This document shows, one piece after another, positions 26,390-40,228 of a stretch of 64,000 bases of DNA (position 1 is its first letter; each line of letters begins with the position of its first letter). Source of the stretch: Octopus sinensis (Eukaryota); assembly GCF_006345805.1 (NCBI RefSeq), contig NC_043003.1, forward strand, positions 36,084,001 to 36,148,000, in the 5' to 3' direction. The translations under genes and the position numbers were made by a program. Below the pieces are notes generated by a model. The model was given only the letters and a program-made list of their open reading frames with translations, did not search any database and was not told where the DNA came from.

Positions 26390-26530
26390 TTACTGGTACT
26401 TTATTTATCGACCTCAAAGAAAATGAAAGGCCAAGTTTTCCTCGACAAGGATGAGCTCAGAATGCAGAACAAAAGAAAAAAGAATGAACGCTGCCATACA
26501 TTATGTCTGAAGTCCTAACGATCGTGCTAA
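26390..26530 (-). mobile_element. SINE family A, degenerate
   Basis: ACTGGTACTTTATTTATCGACC..ATGAAAGG on plus. Confidence 0.6.
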
Positions 26531-27545
26531 TTCTAAAAGCTTATACACGCATTTACCTTTAAACATCCACACACATCTGCAACTCACCATAGCATTAACT
26601 CAGTCCTTTGTTAAAAAAGAAAACGAAAAACCCACCTGTTCTACTTAAACCCAATATGTCCAATACCGACGACTTTGCCAGATATTTTATACGCCTTTAT
26701 TCTAAATCACGAAGACACATCTTCAATACATAGGAACATTAAACTAGTTCATTTTTTTTCTTTTCAAATGGAGGACATCATTTAGCCCTTGTAAGCTTGA
26801 CAAACGTAAACAGAAATAACAGTAATACCGATGTTCTAAATGGAATCTAAGCAGTATGCTCCTGTGTGCGCAAACTATTATAAGTCCATGAGAATACCAA
26901 CTGAGACACCTGCCACCATCTATTATGCTTACGTCCTTCTCTACAGTTGTACGAGACAACGAGAACACACGAAAAAGGGCATAGGAACTAATACAACCCT
27001 CAACCAAATAACCCTAACACCATTCGCTCTTTAATCCCCACCGAAGAGAACTACTCATTGAATAATATAATTCTAGATATATTCTATCGGGAAAAAGAAA
27101 AAAACAGATTGCCATGAACGGAATACCTGACGATGAATCGTCACTCTTAACAAAGTTTAAGTGTGGTTCAACGAGAACATCAGGCACAGGGAAAGTAGGC
27201 AACTCCTTATTTAATTGATTTTAGTTTTGAGTTGTTCGATAAAATATCTGGGATAGCATTAAAAGCCTCGAACTTATATGTTTGTACATTGTATATCATT
27301 ATAGCGAGTAAATTAATATTTGCACTCGCGATAAAACTTTTACAAATCTACTCGAAAATAGAAAGCTTTCACTTATCTATCACGATTATACATATATTTT
27401 CTTAAGAACTTAATAAAATTTCATTCATTTCTTTCATGTATATATCTATTCAAGTCAGGAGATTGAAGGAGAGGATATATATGCGCAGATGTAACTGAAC
27501 GTAACAGAATACACGAAAATCTTTAAACATTCATACGTACACTAA

Positions 27546-27577
<32 letters not shown>

Positions 27578-27578
27578 G

Positions 27579-27657
<79 letters not shown>

Positions 27658-28178
27658 TGCGTGCGTGCGTGTGTGTGTGTGTGTAGTTCAAATTTTTAGA
27701 AAAACAAAATACGAAGTAAACAGGAAAGCATCTACGAAATTATAAAATAATTTATATACATATTGTTGTATGGCGAAACGGTACGCTCCTCCTGGTAAAA
27801 TGTGGTAGTAGTTAGCCATTATAAATAGACCAGTAGCCGGTTGAGAGAAGAAAATCCAGAAGGTCGAAAGTACGTGTAGACTGCGTTGATAGTAGTGGCT
27901 CTGCTGATATAGTAATTGTATTGTGTTACTGAGTTGGACGTCATAACGTTCCACCCTTTTGATGATAATAACACTGTACGACTGGGAGACGTACGTTGCC
28001 AGATAGAAGAATTCTATCGACGACTTCGGAATATAACAATATCTATGAGAGCGACAACTGTTGTCAAAAGGCAGATACAAGAGAGGCAAAAGACCACTTT
28101 ACAACACACGCACACATACACACAAGTATGTATGTATGTATGTATGTATGTATGTATGTATGCATGAATGTAGGTAGG

Positions 28179-28209
<31 letters not shown>

Positions 28210-29538
28210 TAGAGGCAAACCACTATGTGGACACCCTTATGCTAGAAATAGATCAGCTATGGTCTAACCACTAAGAAACTTCCTCAAGAAAAATTAAATT
28301 AATATCAAATTTCTCACCCTCATTTTAAATTTATATATATATATATATACAATCAAGCGACTGTATGGAGAATATATATGCACAAATGTAACTGAATACA
28401 CGAAAAAACTTTCAAAATTCACAGGTACACTAAATCTCTCTCTCTCTACTTATATATGTGTGTGTATGTATTTGTATTTATGCATATGTATATACATGTA
28501 GATAGATGATCTACATATACATATAAGCAGATATAACAATAGTTATATATGAATATCTATCCTTACATAGATCCATTCATATATATATATATATATATAT
28601 ATGGGTGTGTGTGTGTACATATATGTATGTACGTATACATGTACGTATGTATGCATACATGTATGCATGCGTGTATGTATGTATGTATGAATATACGTAT
28701 GTATGCATGTATGTATGTATGTATGGATGGATGGATGGATACATGCATGCTGGTAAACGCACTCACACACACATATTCATACACAAATACACATACAGTT
28801 GATGTTGATGTATACAGATGATAATGTAACGACTCAATTCCTGTTAATAAACATGAATCAAACGAAGTATTCATTAAAACGTTTCCTTATTAACATCAGG
28901 ATAAAAATTATAAGTTTAGGCGAATGTAATATAGGCAACTATTTTGTACGTAATCGACAGCGTTGATTCTGAAGTTACTTTTTGTTTTGTCTTTTTCTTC
29001 TATCTTTTAGTATTCGGTGAATTATTCTTCAAGATACGATGCAAATATAAGGCCACCAGCATTCGCAACGAACCGCACTATGCCCAATGTGTGTTTGTGT
29101 GTGTCCGTGTGCACGGCCAAATGGTTAGATCCGCACACGTCACTACTCTTCCACCGGTATAAGATTTTCATTTAACGTTAATGAAAGCTCATGTCACAAT
29201 AACGAGACATGTGTATCTCGTTGGATTATAGAGAGAAACGGTTGTGCAACACGAGTCACACTTTGAGATTTCCTTGTTAGTATCTAGTGACAGGCAGAAA
29301 CGCAGATGACAAAAATCATGTGAAACCACGGGTTTTAACATGACAATTAACCCCCGGCCTCTATCCTACATGGGATAACACTCAAGCTCATGTAGAGCGG
29401 GAAAGAATAATAATGATGGAAAAGTGGTACCATACTCACCAAAACTCTGGAACTCTTAAACCTCACTACCGAATGCAGTTTAAATTCATACCTCTTACAC
29501 CCCAATACATGCACCAGCGCGCACACGTGCATATGTAT

Positions 29539-29597
<59 letters not shown>

Positions 29598-30049
29598 GTA
29601 TATATACGTACGTATGTATACATATGAGATATCAATAAATATTAAATTATTCTAATAATAAAACGTATTTTGTTGTATCTGTTTGAAATCGTTAAACACA
29701 TTGAAAAATAGTTTCTAAGAAAGGAATCAGAAAATAAATCTATGGATTTATATAGTGAGAGATTGGTGCAGTTACGTAGACAAGGAAACAGATGTAATTA
29801 GATTGATAGAAAAATAGACAGGCATATAGATAAATAGACAGTTAGATAGACAGACATGCAGACAGGTAGACAGGCAGACAGACACTAGTCACACTGAAAG
29901 ACAGATACATAGATCAATAAAGAGATGGTCTAACAGGCATACAGTTTGAAAAGTAAGTGGAAAGGACTGTATGTAAACGAATTAAGGTTGGTGGTTTGAT
30001 CAATACGCAAATATTTATATGCATAACTAACTGGCAAGATAGGTAGGTA

Positions 30050-30978
30050 CACGGTGGGGCAGAGAAGACCAACATTTTTGAAATGGCTATTACTCAGCTC
30101 CAGTGGAAGGGACATATGTCCGACAAGTACCATTCGGTCCGTGGCATCTTATCATTTTTTTTCTTTTCAGGTGAAGCCATGAAACTTTGGACGTTAGAGT
30201 ATCCCGTGTCTGCCTACGGCAGTTATGTATAGATTAGCGTGTTTGTCACAGCAGTTCATCGCAATGGCATAGTGAGTCAACAGAATTGTCGTTATTGGGA
30301 TCTTGAAAATCCGAGAGAATTGCACAAAACCCACTGCACAGCCAAAAGTGACCGCATGGAATGCTGCTAGAAAAGCTACCGTCATTGGTCCTTAGTTTTT
30401 TGAAGACAGTAATTGAAATGCTGTTACTGTGAATTCAGATCGTTAACAACGAGATGATAAACAACTTCTTTGTGCATGAATTACTACGAAAATGTATGTC
30501 TATTCGACGTGTGTGGTTTCAGCAGGGTGAGGCGAAAGCTCACACAGCCAGAGCATCAATAGACGTTCTTCGCCCTCTCTTCAGTGACCGCCTCATTTCT
30601 AATTACCATACAAGTGACATTCCTAGGCTCGCTCAGTCCTCTGATTTGTCCATGTGTGATTACGTCTTGTGGAGAGACCTCAAGATACGTTTGTATGAAT
30701 ATAAGCCCTGTACACTGGACGATTTAAAGGAAGCTATTCGCGTGGAAGTCACCCAAATCGGCAGAGCAATGCTGGAGAGAGTGGGGCCAACTTCCAAGAC
30801 TGCCTTCGAAAATGCCACAGTGGAAAAGGTCACCACATGATAGATCTTGTTTACCACATTTAATTTTGACAAAAGCTAATTCAATACAAACACATTGACG
30901 TCAATAAAATTTGTTTGCCGTTAAAATTAAGGATGTGGTGAATTTTTCAAAATCGTCCGTCCTCTCTGCGGCACCTTG
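30050..30978 (+). mobile_element. Tc1/mariner rosa (DD41D-type) element, internally deleted
   Basis: Degenerate TIRs CACGGTGGGGCAGAGAAGACC / GTCCGTCCTCTCTGCGGCACCTTG, TA on the left. Remnant QNCRYWDLENPRELH, WFQQGEAKAHTA and SSDLSMCDYVLWRDLK; 43 residues between D2 and D3 positions here, interpreted as 41 plus a 2-codon insertion (inference). Confidence 0.88.
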
Positions 30979-31004
30979 AAGATACATACATAGATACATA
31001 GATA

Positions 31005-31545
31005 CATGGTGGCTGCCCCCTCGTTATCGAGTATGGCCATTGCGCGAAACTTAATCAATGTTGTTATTGTGCAATACCTGTGCAAGAAGATTTTTTTTTT
31101 TTAAATTGAGGAAAGGCTGTGCACTGAGTCAATCCCACTTACTAAGCAACAGCAGCCATAATCCGAAAAGAAGAACAAGTCAACATCATCGGTAACCACT
31201 GAGCCGTAGGTTTTATGTCGGAGTTATCCCAGTTACCTGAATTACCTTCTCCTAGAAGGATGCCCTAACAAAGGCTAGGAGTTATTCACTCCCAATGGTT
31301 TAACTGCGCGATCGAGTATTCAGTCCGATTATTTCTATGTCTCCGCGCATGATACAGCCTTAAGACATTTACTGGATGGCCGTTGACTCTCAAGAGTTCC
31401 TCCGCCCTTTGATGGGTTTTGTTTTTCATCCCTCAATAAACACCCTCCTCACCAAACAAGCTTGGTGGGGTTGGCGGTTTAGTCGCCGACGACCCGACCA
31501 TGCAACAGGTTGTACTGGGTTACATGTTACCAGTAGCACTCGAAA
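31005..31545 (-). mobile_element. Probable RTE-like LINE untranslated remnant
   Basis: CCTTCTCCTAGAAGGATGCCCTAACAAAGGCTAGGAG resembles recalled RTE 5' UTR sequence; no protein motif seen. Confidence 0.35.
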
Positions 31546-32057
31546 GTGACCTGATATACATACATACATACATACATACATACATACATACATACATACA
31601 TACATACATACATACATACACACATACACACATACATACCTCCTTAGATTATCAAGCAAAAACGGTAGACATCACATATTTGATGGATAAGTTTTTATCG
31701 TTCAACAGCAATATTTTATTATACACTGAAATCCACATTGAGCTTCTTGAGTAAGCTGGACACATGAAAATATAGCGTCTACTTTGCAGGTTATGAATGC
31801 AATAACAAACACATTTATTCAATTATCTATCTATTTATCAACGTACCGATCTCTTCATATATCTGTACATCTCTGTGTCGCTTCAACTTAACATCTACCA
31901 CTGTCTGATGCTTCCCCCGTAAATATATGTAAGTATTAAACCCTTTCCCAAAGCAATAATACAGTAATGTCTGTAAAACTATTTTTATGATTTTCGTACT
32001 TTTTCATATCTGTTGATACATATATGCATACATACATGTATATATATATATAATATA

Positions 32058-32103
<46 letters not shown>

Positions 32104-32144
32104 ATATACATACATATATATATATACATATATATATATAACAT

Positions 32145-32200
<56 letters not shown>

Positions 32201-32788
32201 GAATACATATATATACATACTCACACATATATAGATAGATAATAGATAGATAGGTAGATAGATTCAAACATACATACATACACATACACACACACATACA
32301 TACATACATACATACATACATACATACATACATACATACATACATACACACATATTTGTCTATCAGATTGTCGTAATATTATAAATCACATTTAGCATCA
32401 ACGACGCCAAGCTCAAATTTGAAACATTTTGCTAAACACCAATGCGTGTGCATGCATATACGTTAGTGTGTGTGAGTATCTGTGTGCGAGTGGGTGTCTG
32501 TGTGTACGTCTTTATACATACATACCCACACTCACACAGAGGAAAGCATCATGTGTGTGTGTGTGCGTGTGTGTGTGTGCATATGTGGGCATGTGTGTGT
32601 GTGTGTACATATATACGCCACATGTATATAAAGTTACGCAGTGTAGCCGCATTAAGCGTTTTTCTATTCAGCTACGAAACATAAACCATATAAAGAGTGT
32701 GAGCTTCATGTTCTCGAAGCTAAATTCCTAGTAGAATTATAGATTTGTGATATCAACTCATAAAACAGGTGTTATTGCTGTGAAGTAT

Positions 32789-32822
32789 GTTCGCTGCCGT
32801 CAGCGAACCTGTATATACCTAG
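32789..32822 (+). mobile_element. Helitron 3' terminus (orphan)
   Basis: Perfect 8-bp stem GTTCGCTG-CCGT-CAGCGAAC, 10-nt spacer, CTAG (32819-22), then T. Confidence 0.7.
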
Positions 32823-32924
32823 TAATAAAATCTTTAGTTACAGAGAGAAAATATAAGAGTAATTTTTTAAGGGTATGCTCCCCCGTGTGTTAGTAGTATT
32901 TTTTTATGGTACCGTATAACATAT

Positions 32925-33140
32925 AAGGATTTCTGTTTTAGGCACACACACCCTGAAATTTGGAGGACAAGCTAGTCGGTAATATCAGTCGCAATACTTA
33001 GGTTGTACTTATTTTATTGACCCCGAAAGTATGAAAAGTAGAATCAATCCCGCAGGAATTTGATTTCAGAACGTTAAGAACGGACGAAATGTCGATCGGC
33101 ATTTTACTCGGAGCACTAATGATTCTGTCAGCTTCCCATC
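32925..33140 (-). mobile_element. SINE family A
   Basis: TTATTGACCCCGAAAGTATGAAAAG..AATTTGATTTCAGAACG on plus. Confidence 0.75.
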
Positions 33141-33300
33141 TTATTGTGAAAGAAAGGATAATGAACATAAGTAATAATAGAGGAAGGTGAAAAGCCCAAA
33201 AATTAAAGAAAAGAAAACAAAAAAAGAAAGAAAATGAAAGACTAAGAAGATAAGGGGTCGGAGGTCAAAGTAAGATTTGGAAAAAGATGCACTCGGGACG

Positions 33301-33363
<63 letters not shown>

Positions 33364-33632
33364 GAACACAGACAAATTTAAAATGAGTATAAGAAAGTGA
33401 AAAGTTTATTGAGCGAGAGAGTGACACAAGTTCACGTTTAGGAGAGATGGCAAAAAACATTTACTAAACTACAAGTTCGATGCATTGGATAAGATGCATT
33501 CATCCCACAACTAAAAGCAAAATAAATGAAATGTGATGATCCTGACCCGCACGGCCCTTGATCATTAGTGAACTCCATCAAAGTCGACTCTATATATAAA
33601 GCTTTGTAACATAGAAAACAAAACATACATTT

Positions 33633-34170
33633 GCAGGGAGATTTTGCGAAAAAAAAACAACAAAAGACGAAGACAGGTGGTGTACAAAACAAACAGATGC
33701 ATTAGTATAACGCTCAGGAAAAGAGAAAACGTATTCTACGTTTCGAACCTACGCTCTTCTACAGAAAAAAACAAGGAGAGAAACAAGGAGAGAAAAAAAT
33801 GTGTGTAGTGGCTAACGATCTATCATGGCAACTAGTGCCGGACAGAAGGGTCAAACACAGGAAGAAAAGTAGGGGAGATAACAAGGTAAAGATTACCCCC
33901 AACACAAAGGTGCGTGTGTATATAAGAGAGTATGTGCGTGTGAAAGAGGGCTGGTGGTCTGGACGTGTGCGTGTATGCATGTGTAGGTGTGAAGATGTGG
34001 AGATGGGTGTGTGGGTGGTGTGTTGTGATGTGATGTGTAATGTTGTATGGTGTAGCGTGGTGTGGTGTGATGTTTTGGGAAGGTGGGGGAGGTGGGGGAG
34101 GCGAGAATAGGGAAAGCACGGGTGGGATGTGGATTCGGCTGGGGGTTGGGGTAGAGTGGGTGTTTGTGGC
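33633..34170 (-). mobile_element. Penelope-type 3' region and terminal repeat (P2)
   Basis: 33633-33790 is the reverse complement of 57540-57698 and carries a hammerhead-like fold; the extension to 34170 is G-rich on plus. Confidence 0.6.
33733..33768 (-). ncRNA. Variant minimal hammerhead-like motif
   Basis: Minus strand TTTT-CTGTAGA-A-GAGC-GTAG-GTTC-GAAACGTA-GAA. Confidence 0.55.
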
Positions 34171-35162
34171 TAGGCAGACATTTGCATCTGTCTAAAATAC
34201 ATTACGCGTCCAAATATCGATATTGACATCACATACAGCACAGCAATTGTGACACAGGTTACACAAAAACACCTCTCACTTAAGAGGGTTGACGATGGAC
34301 TTTTGTAAGGGAGAGAAATAAAAACCTGCTTTTCATGGAGAGCCATAGCCTCAAGCGTACTTACAGACACGAGGATGAAATCGTTTGAAAGTAGTAGCCC
34401 TTTAAATATATTTGTGTTTCATGAACTTATTAAAAGTTAATACATTATCTTCGCGACGTTAAGTGCGTATTTCTTGATCAACGGTAATTCTCCAGCTAAG
34501 CAAAGACTATTTGAACACCTGTAGTCCATAAACGTATGTGTTTCATCTTTATAGTTGTACATATTATGTTTATGTTAGTATATTTACTTACATATTCGCA
34601 GTTATATATTTATGAATAATTTATGCCAATATGTATTAGAAAATAAAATTTAGAATTTCATTGTACATATTATTATATTTCACATATTTCGTACATATTC
34701 TCAGATGAAATAATCGATTCATATCAACATCACAATTCATAACACACTCACAGAACACACATAAATATATCGTATATATGTATTCGTCTACGTATTTATG
34801 TATATTAAGCATTTATGTGTGCAAGTAAGTATTTATGTCTACAGATATATGCAATTCTTCACCTGAGTATCTTTATAGCATAGATTGCTTATGTGCATTA
34901 TGTTTATAATGGTAATATACATACATTCATTTATATGTATAGACACACGCACACACGCACACACACACACATATATATATATCTATATATATAGACAGAT
35001 AGATATACATATGTATATATATAGATATATATACACACATACACACACATATATACATACATATATATACATATACATACAAAACCATATATAATTACAT
35101 AAGTACATATATATATAAATACGTATATATATGCAAATCTATATATACATACATATACTTAC

Positions 35163-35193
<31 letters not shown>

Positions 35194-35265
35194 TATATAT
35201 ATAATACATACATACATACATACATGTATTTACGTATGTGTATGTACATATATAAAATATATATC

Positions 35266-35299
<34 letters not shown>

Positions 35300-35833
35300 G
35301 CATATACTCACACACACACATACATATATATAATTGCTCACATCCGGTGAGTGCACACTCATACGTGTATGTGTGTGTATGTGCGCGTGTTTGTGTGGTG
35401 TGCGTGTGTGTAAATATACATGTATGTATATGTGTATAACGTAAATGTTAATTCTATTTGCTATCTATAGTAGCCGTCTTAGACATGTTAAATGGAATCT
35501 CAAAGGAAAACTAATAGAATGTAGTGAACAGTTGATGGGAAAGAATTGTTTCTTCAGAGTTTCTGTATCTAGAGTTCCAAGAAGTAATATTCGTTTTATT
35601 CAAATCAAGTGTTGATGAAGAGATAGAAATGGGATTCGATAGGTGTTAATCGTTCTACCTAGTACGGAGGAACTCCTTATGATTGCACAGTTAACAAATA
35701 TGGAGAAAAAAAAAAGAAAAAAAAATGATGTAGGAATTATGGGTATTCAACATATTTATTAAACACCTTACAAACTGAGTTTTAAATTAAATATATCGAT
35801 TCGTATTTAAAGAGATATAAACGCCATCGACAT

Positions 35834-35875
<42 letters not shown>

Positions 35876-36215
35876 CACCACCATACCACCACCACTACTA
35901 CTACTAACACAACTATTACTAATGTATGTTATGAAACAACTGACCGCTTCCACTCTGTATTGATAGGCACATAATCAGCTTATGCGAAACAGGGCTCATT
36001 GAACACACACGGAAACACACGCAACTTACACCCACACACACATATACACATTTAGCATGGGGCACATAGAGAGGTATCTCTGTACCCATCAAAAGTGTAT
36101 GTGTATGCATGCATATTTAAATGTAAGCGTGTTGGCATATATATTCTCGTATATTCCATCTTCTGTCTTTAATTTGTTATTATATATATAAATATATATG
36201 CATATATATACATAC

Positions 36216-36262
<47 letters not shown>

Positions 36263-36475
36263 ACATGCATACATATGCATTTTTGCGTAATGAGATAAAA
36301 AAAACCAAGGCTGTATAGATATTAGAGCATTTATAGATAGAAGGTCTTACAACTGTTTCTAGGATATTAAGTAATAATATCCCTTCATCGAGAGACGGTG
36401 TGAGATGAATACATATATATATGCATACATATATATATTTATTTATATCTACATATATATAAAAACATATATATG

Positions 36476-36532
<57 letters not shown>

Positions 36533-37809
36533 GAATATGTGTACACAGATATATGCATTTTTATATATCTGAATATATTTATGCGCTTTTATGTGTATTG
36601 AAAATGTAATAAAAAAAGACAATGAACTAAATATCTTCAGACATGTTTATTGCAGAATTATTCACATTCAATTAATATTAGATTCAAATCCGAGTCGTGT
36701 TTCTGCTGCATACTTGGTGTAGCAGGTGAGTGAAGAAAAATGAGGAAGTAAGAGTTAGATAGTCCTTATATACTTCAAGAATGACTGCCTTCTTAATTTG
36801 TCAGTTCACTTCAGCCAGCTTTATGGGTAAAACTGTGAACAAAGCTGCATAGGTATGCCTAGCCTGGTCAAATATCTATTGCAACATAACCCACTAAATG
36901 CATTAGGACACTTATACAGCAGAAACAGCAGTCGGGTTTTAATCAAATGTGAATTTAAAGAGAATAATAGTGTAATAATCAGTATTTCAAGATGTACAAT
37001 TCTGCATTGTTCTTCCTGTTGTCTTGATTATATACTCTGTATGTTGTATAAAATCCAATGAAGCGAATAAGGATTTACTTATTCAGTGAAGTACCGTGTA
37101 AATGTTTATCTTAAACAACTATAATATGTTTACTATAAATCGGTGTGGCTAGCCAGAAAAATGGATTGTATCAGAGTGGTAAGAAGGTACCTGCCCGGAT
37201 AACAAATCCCTATTAAGTGAATTAAAAAATTAATATAATATATATAATAGGTTTTTCTACCTATTATATACGTTATATTATTTTTGTAATTTACTTAATC
37301 TTTACTTTTTAATTGTTATTTTAATTTTAACTTTTCTATTATATGTAATTTTCTAGATGGTGCAATTTAATTATTCATTTTGAATTGATAAAAGGTGTTT
37401 TTTTTTCTAATATTTTATATATATATTATATTGTATGGAATTTGATGTAGCATTTCTAAATTGAATTCTTTTACCTTGTAAGTTTGGATTTCATTCCCTC
37501 AAATAATAATTATTATATATATATATATATGTATGTGAACGTTTAAAATGTATTTATATTTATATTGGTATTTATGTATGTATATGTAAAGATGTACATA
37601 TACATGTGCGTTCGTGTGTTCACGTGTGTGTGTGTGTGTTTCCGTATGAACATTATAATAATGCTGAAATACTCAGTTACTCACACTGTAATTCAATGAC
37701 TAAGTAGTTTTGTTGAGTGGGTCTTCAGTATTCTCACATGTGAAAATGTCTGATTTTTTTTGTGATTTCTTTCAAGAGTGGTTCTTATCGCTGATGCTAT
37801 ATCGCTATC

Positions 37810-38005
37810 TGTTTCAGTCTTCGGACTGCCTCCATGCTGATATACCACTATGGAGGATTCAACTGAAAAAAATCTGCCACAGTATTTATTATATATATAT
37901 GGTACTTATTATATCGGACTCTTTCAATGAACTGTTAGGCACGGGGACATAAAGTAACTTTGATTGTCAAGCGGTTGGGTAAACAGAGCACAAACAAAAA
38001 GACAC
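37810..38005 (-). mobile_element. Composite SINE tail C, degenerate
   Basis: GTTTCAGTC..CCATGCTG..GGTACTTATT..ACGGGGACATAAA..TTGTCAAGCGGT. Confidence 0.6.
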
Positions 38006-38320
38006 ATTCATGTGTATATATAAATACACATACACACACAAACACAGATGTATATATATATGTGTGTGTGTGCGTGTGTACATGTGTGTGTGTTACTGAG
38101 TGTGAGTAGGAATATATATATAAATATGTGTGTGTGTACACATATGTATATACATACATATATACATACATATATATAAAATTAATTGTTATCGCCATAT
38201 TAATATTATTATTCTTATTTCTATAAGAATGCCATATTAATATGGCGATAACAATTAATTTCCGTAAACGCTGCTGCAATCTCTATTATAGAGAATTCGT
38301 AATTTTAATATTTCTATTAC

Positions 38321-38357
<37 letters not shown>

Positions 38358-38816
38358 ATTATATATTATTTATATATATGTAAATACACATATACACACA
38401 CACGCACATAGATTTATAAATATACTCATGTGGTAGCCTGAGACTTAGTGGATAGTAATATGTCTTATCAATTTTGTCCTCATGGTAGTAAGATTATGGT
38501 TCCATGGACATTGTGATGTATGACGTTCTTGCGCAAAGTTCTTCATTCCACGTCGCCCCAGTTCATTTAGCTCGCAAACATGAGTAAACTTGCGACACAC
38601 GGGCGTCCTCTCCAGTGAGGAACGTGTACTCAACAGTATCCGGAAACTGGCGTTATGAGCCTAAGAGCTGGACGTTCCATTGATCTTCATATATAGTGTG
38701 TATGTGTGTGATTGTGTACATACACATACACACTATATATATATATATATACACACACGTATATATATATATGTCTATATATACATAGAGAGATAGAGAG
38801 AGTTAGAGATAGCTAG

Positions 38817-38821
38817 CTAGC

Positions 38822-38870
<49 letters not shown>

Positions 38871-38907
38871 GGATGGATGGATGGATGGATGGATGGATGG
38901 ATCGATC

Positions 38908-38974
<67 letters not shown>
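38817..38974 (+). repeat. (GATA)n-(GGAT)n-(GATA)n compound microsatellite
   Basis: Directly visible. Confidence 0.98.
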
Positions 38975-38975
<1 letters not shown>

Positions 38976-40100
38976 TGTTTCTTTATTAGCCACACAGGGC
39001 TGCACACAGATAGAACAAATTACAAGGTAGAGCTTTTCTTTTGAAGGTTTAAAAAAAAAAAAAAAAAAAGGAAGGGGGAGTTTTGATCAAAAGTGATCGT
39101 AAAAGGAGAGAAAGAGGACAAAAAAAAGGGGGGTTAAAAAAAGGTGGAGAGGAAAAAAAAATGATCAATAGGGATCGTTATCACGAAAGAAATGTCAATA
39201 TGAAGTGTAAAGGGGAGGACAGGTGAGGTTTACCCGTGGAAAGAAAAGCCTACGGAAAAGACCACGGTAACCTCGGTCAATGAAGTCACATTTTATATTT
39301 CTTTTTTTTTTTTTTTTTTTTGCAAATAAGCAACTCTGTTTTCGATTTCTGGGTTCATAGGATTATGCTCAAGGTGGCTTCGTCATTCATACGTGCCATT
39401 CTTGCTACATTCACCCATCTTTTTTAAAACATTCGCTAGACAAACTTGCCTCTCTACTCTCACTTTCCTTTTCAAGTGGTACTTGAAGAAGTTGATGAGA
39501 GATTGACCAGAGAGGAAAGTGTTTGTCTCCAATCCTTTCAGACGCGTCACCAGATACATTCTTTCGCCATAGCCACAAGGATGATGAAAATAGCTCTTCC
39601 TTCCCGTTTGAAGGAAGGAGGCGTGACAATATTGACGATAGACTCAGCTGAATAAACCGACTCGTCCCACACGTGACAGCAGTTGTTCGACATAAGCCAC
39701 AGGTCGGAAATTGTTGGACACTGAACGAGTGCGTGCAGAACGGTTTCGTCGCTCTGACCGCATCTCGGGCAGGTCGGCCCCGTGTTTCTCGAGCCGTGTC
39801 TGTAGAGCTTATCCCGAACGGGTAGTAGCGCTTCTCGGTAGCACTGCCAGGCCAGGGATCTCTGGAAGTGTCCATGGGCCCTGGCCCGAAAGTCGTCCTG
39901 AACAGGGGGTCAGGTACTCCTCGTCGACGTCAGGTTCGCCCCGAGCTCGTCGTCGTACCTCCCCTCCCTAAACCCCTATAGAATGCTTTGGTTGTGTTGA
40001 AGTCACTTAAGGTCGACCCAGGACGGCAGAGTTGCTTGAGAGCAACGCGACACTCGCGGTGCCATTCGCCCTTCCTCGGCCTCTTTTTGATCCACGACTG
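38975..40100 (-). mobile_element. 5'-truncated Tx1/L1 retrotransposon (ORF2 C-terminus + 3' UTR)
   Basis: Frameshifted minus-strand translation includes FQRSLAWQCYREAL..VRDKLYRHG..CPRCGQSDETVLHALVQCP (CCHC-type finger). AATAAA at 38987-38982 just before the (ATCT)n tail. Confidence 0.93.
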
Positions 40101-40143
40101 CTAGATAGATAGATAGATAGATAGATAGAAGGATGGATGGATG

Positions 40144-40227
<84 letters not shown>
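40101..40227 (+). repeat. (GATA)n-(GGAT)n-(GATA)n compound microsatellite
   Basis: Directly visible; same architecture as 38817-38974. Confidence 0.98.

Positions 40228-40228
<1 letters not shown>

Noticed and set aside
36682-36725. Exon candidate ending CAG|gtgagt
   Set aside because: Weak and ambiguous acceptors; the body resembles a SINE B-box remnant.
37191-37209. 19-nt minus-strand microexon
   Set aside because: Weak donor (gtacct), frameshifting length and no support.
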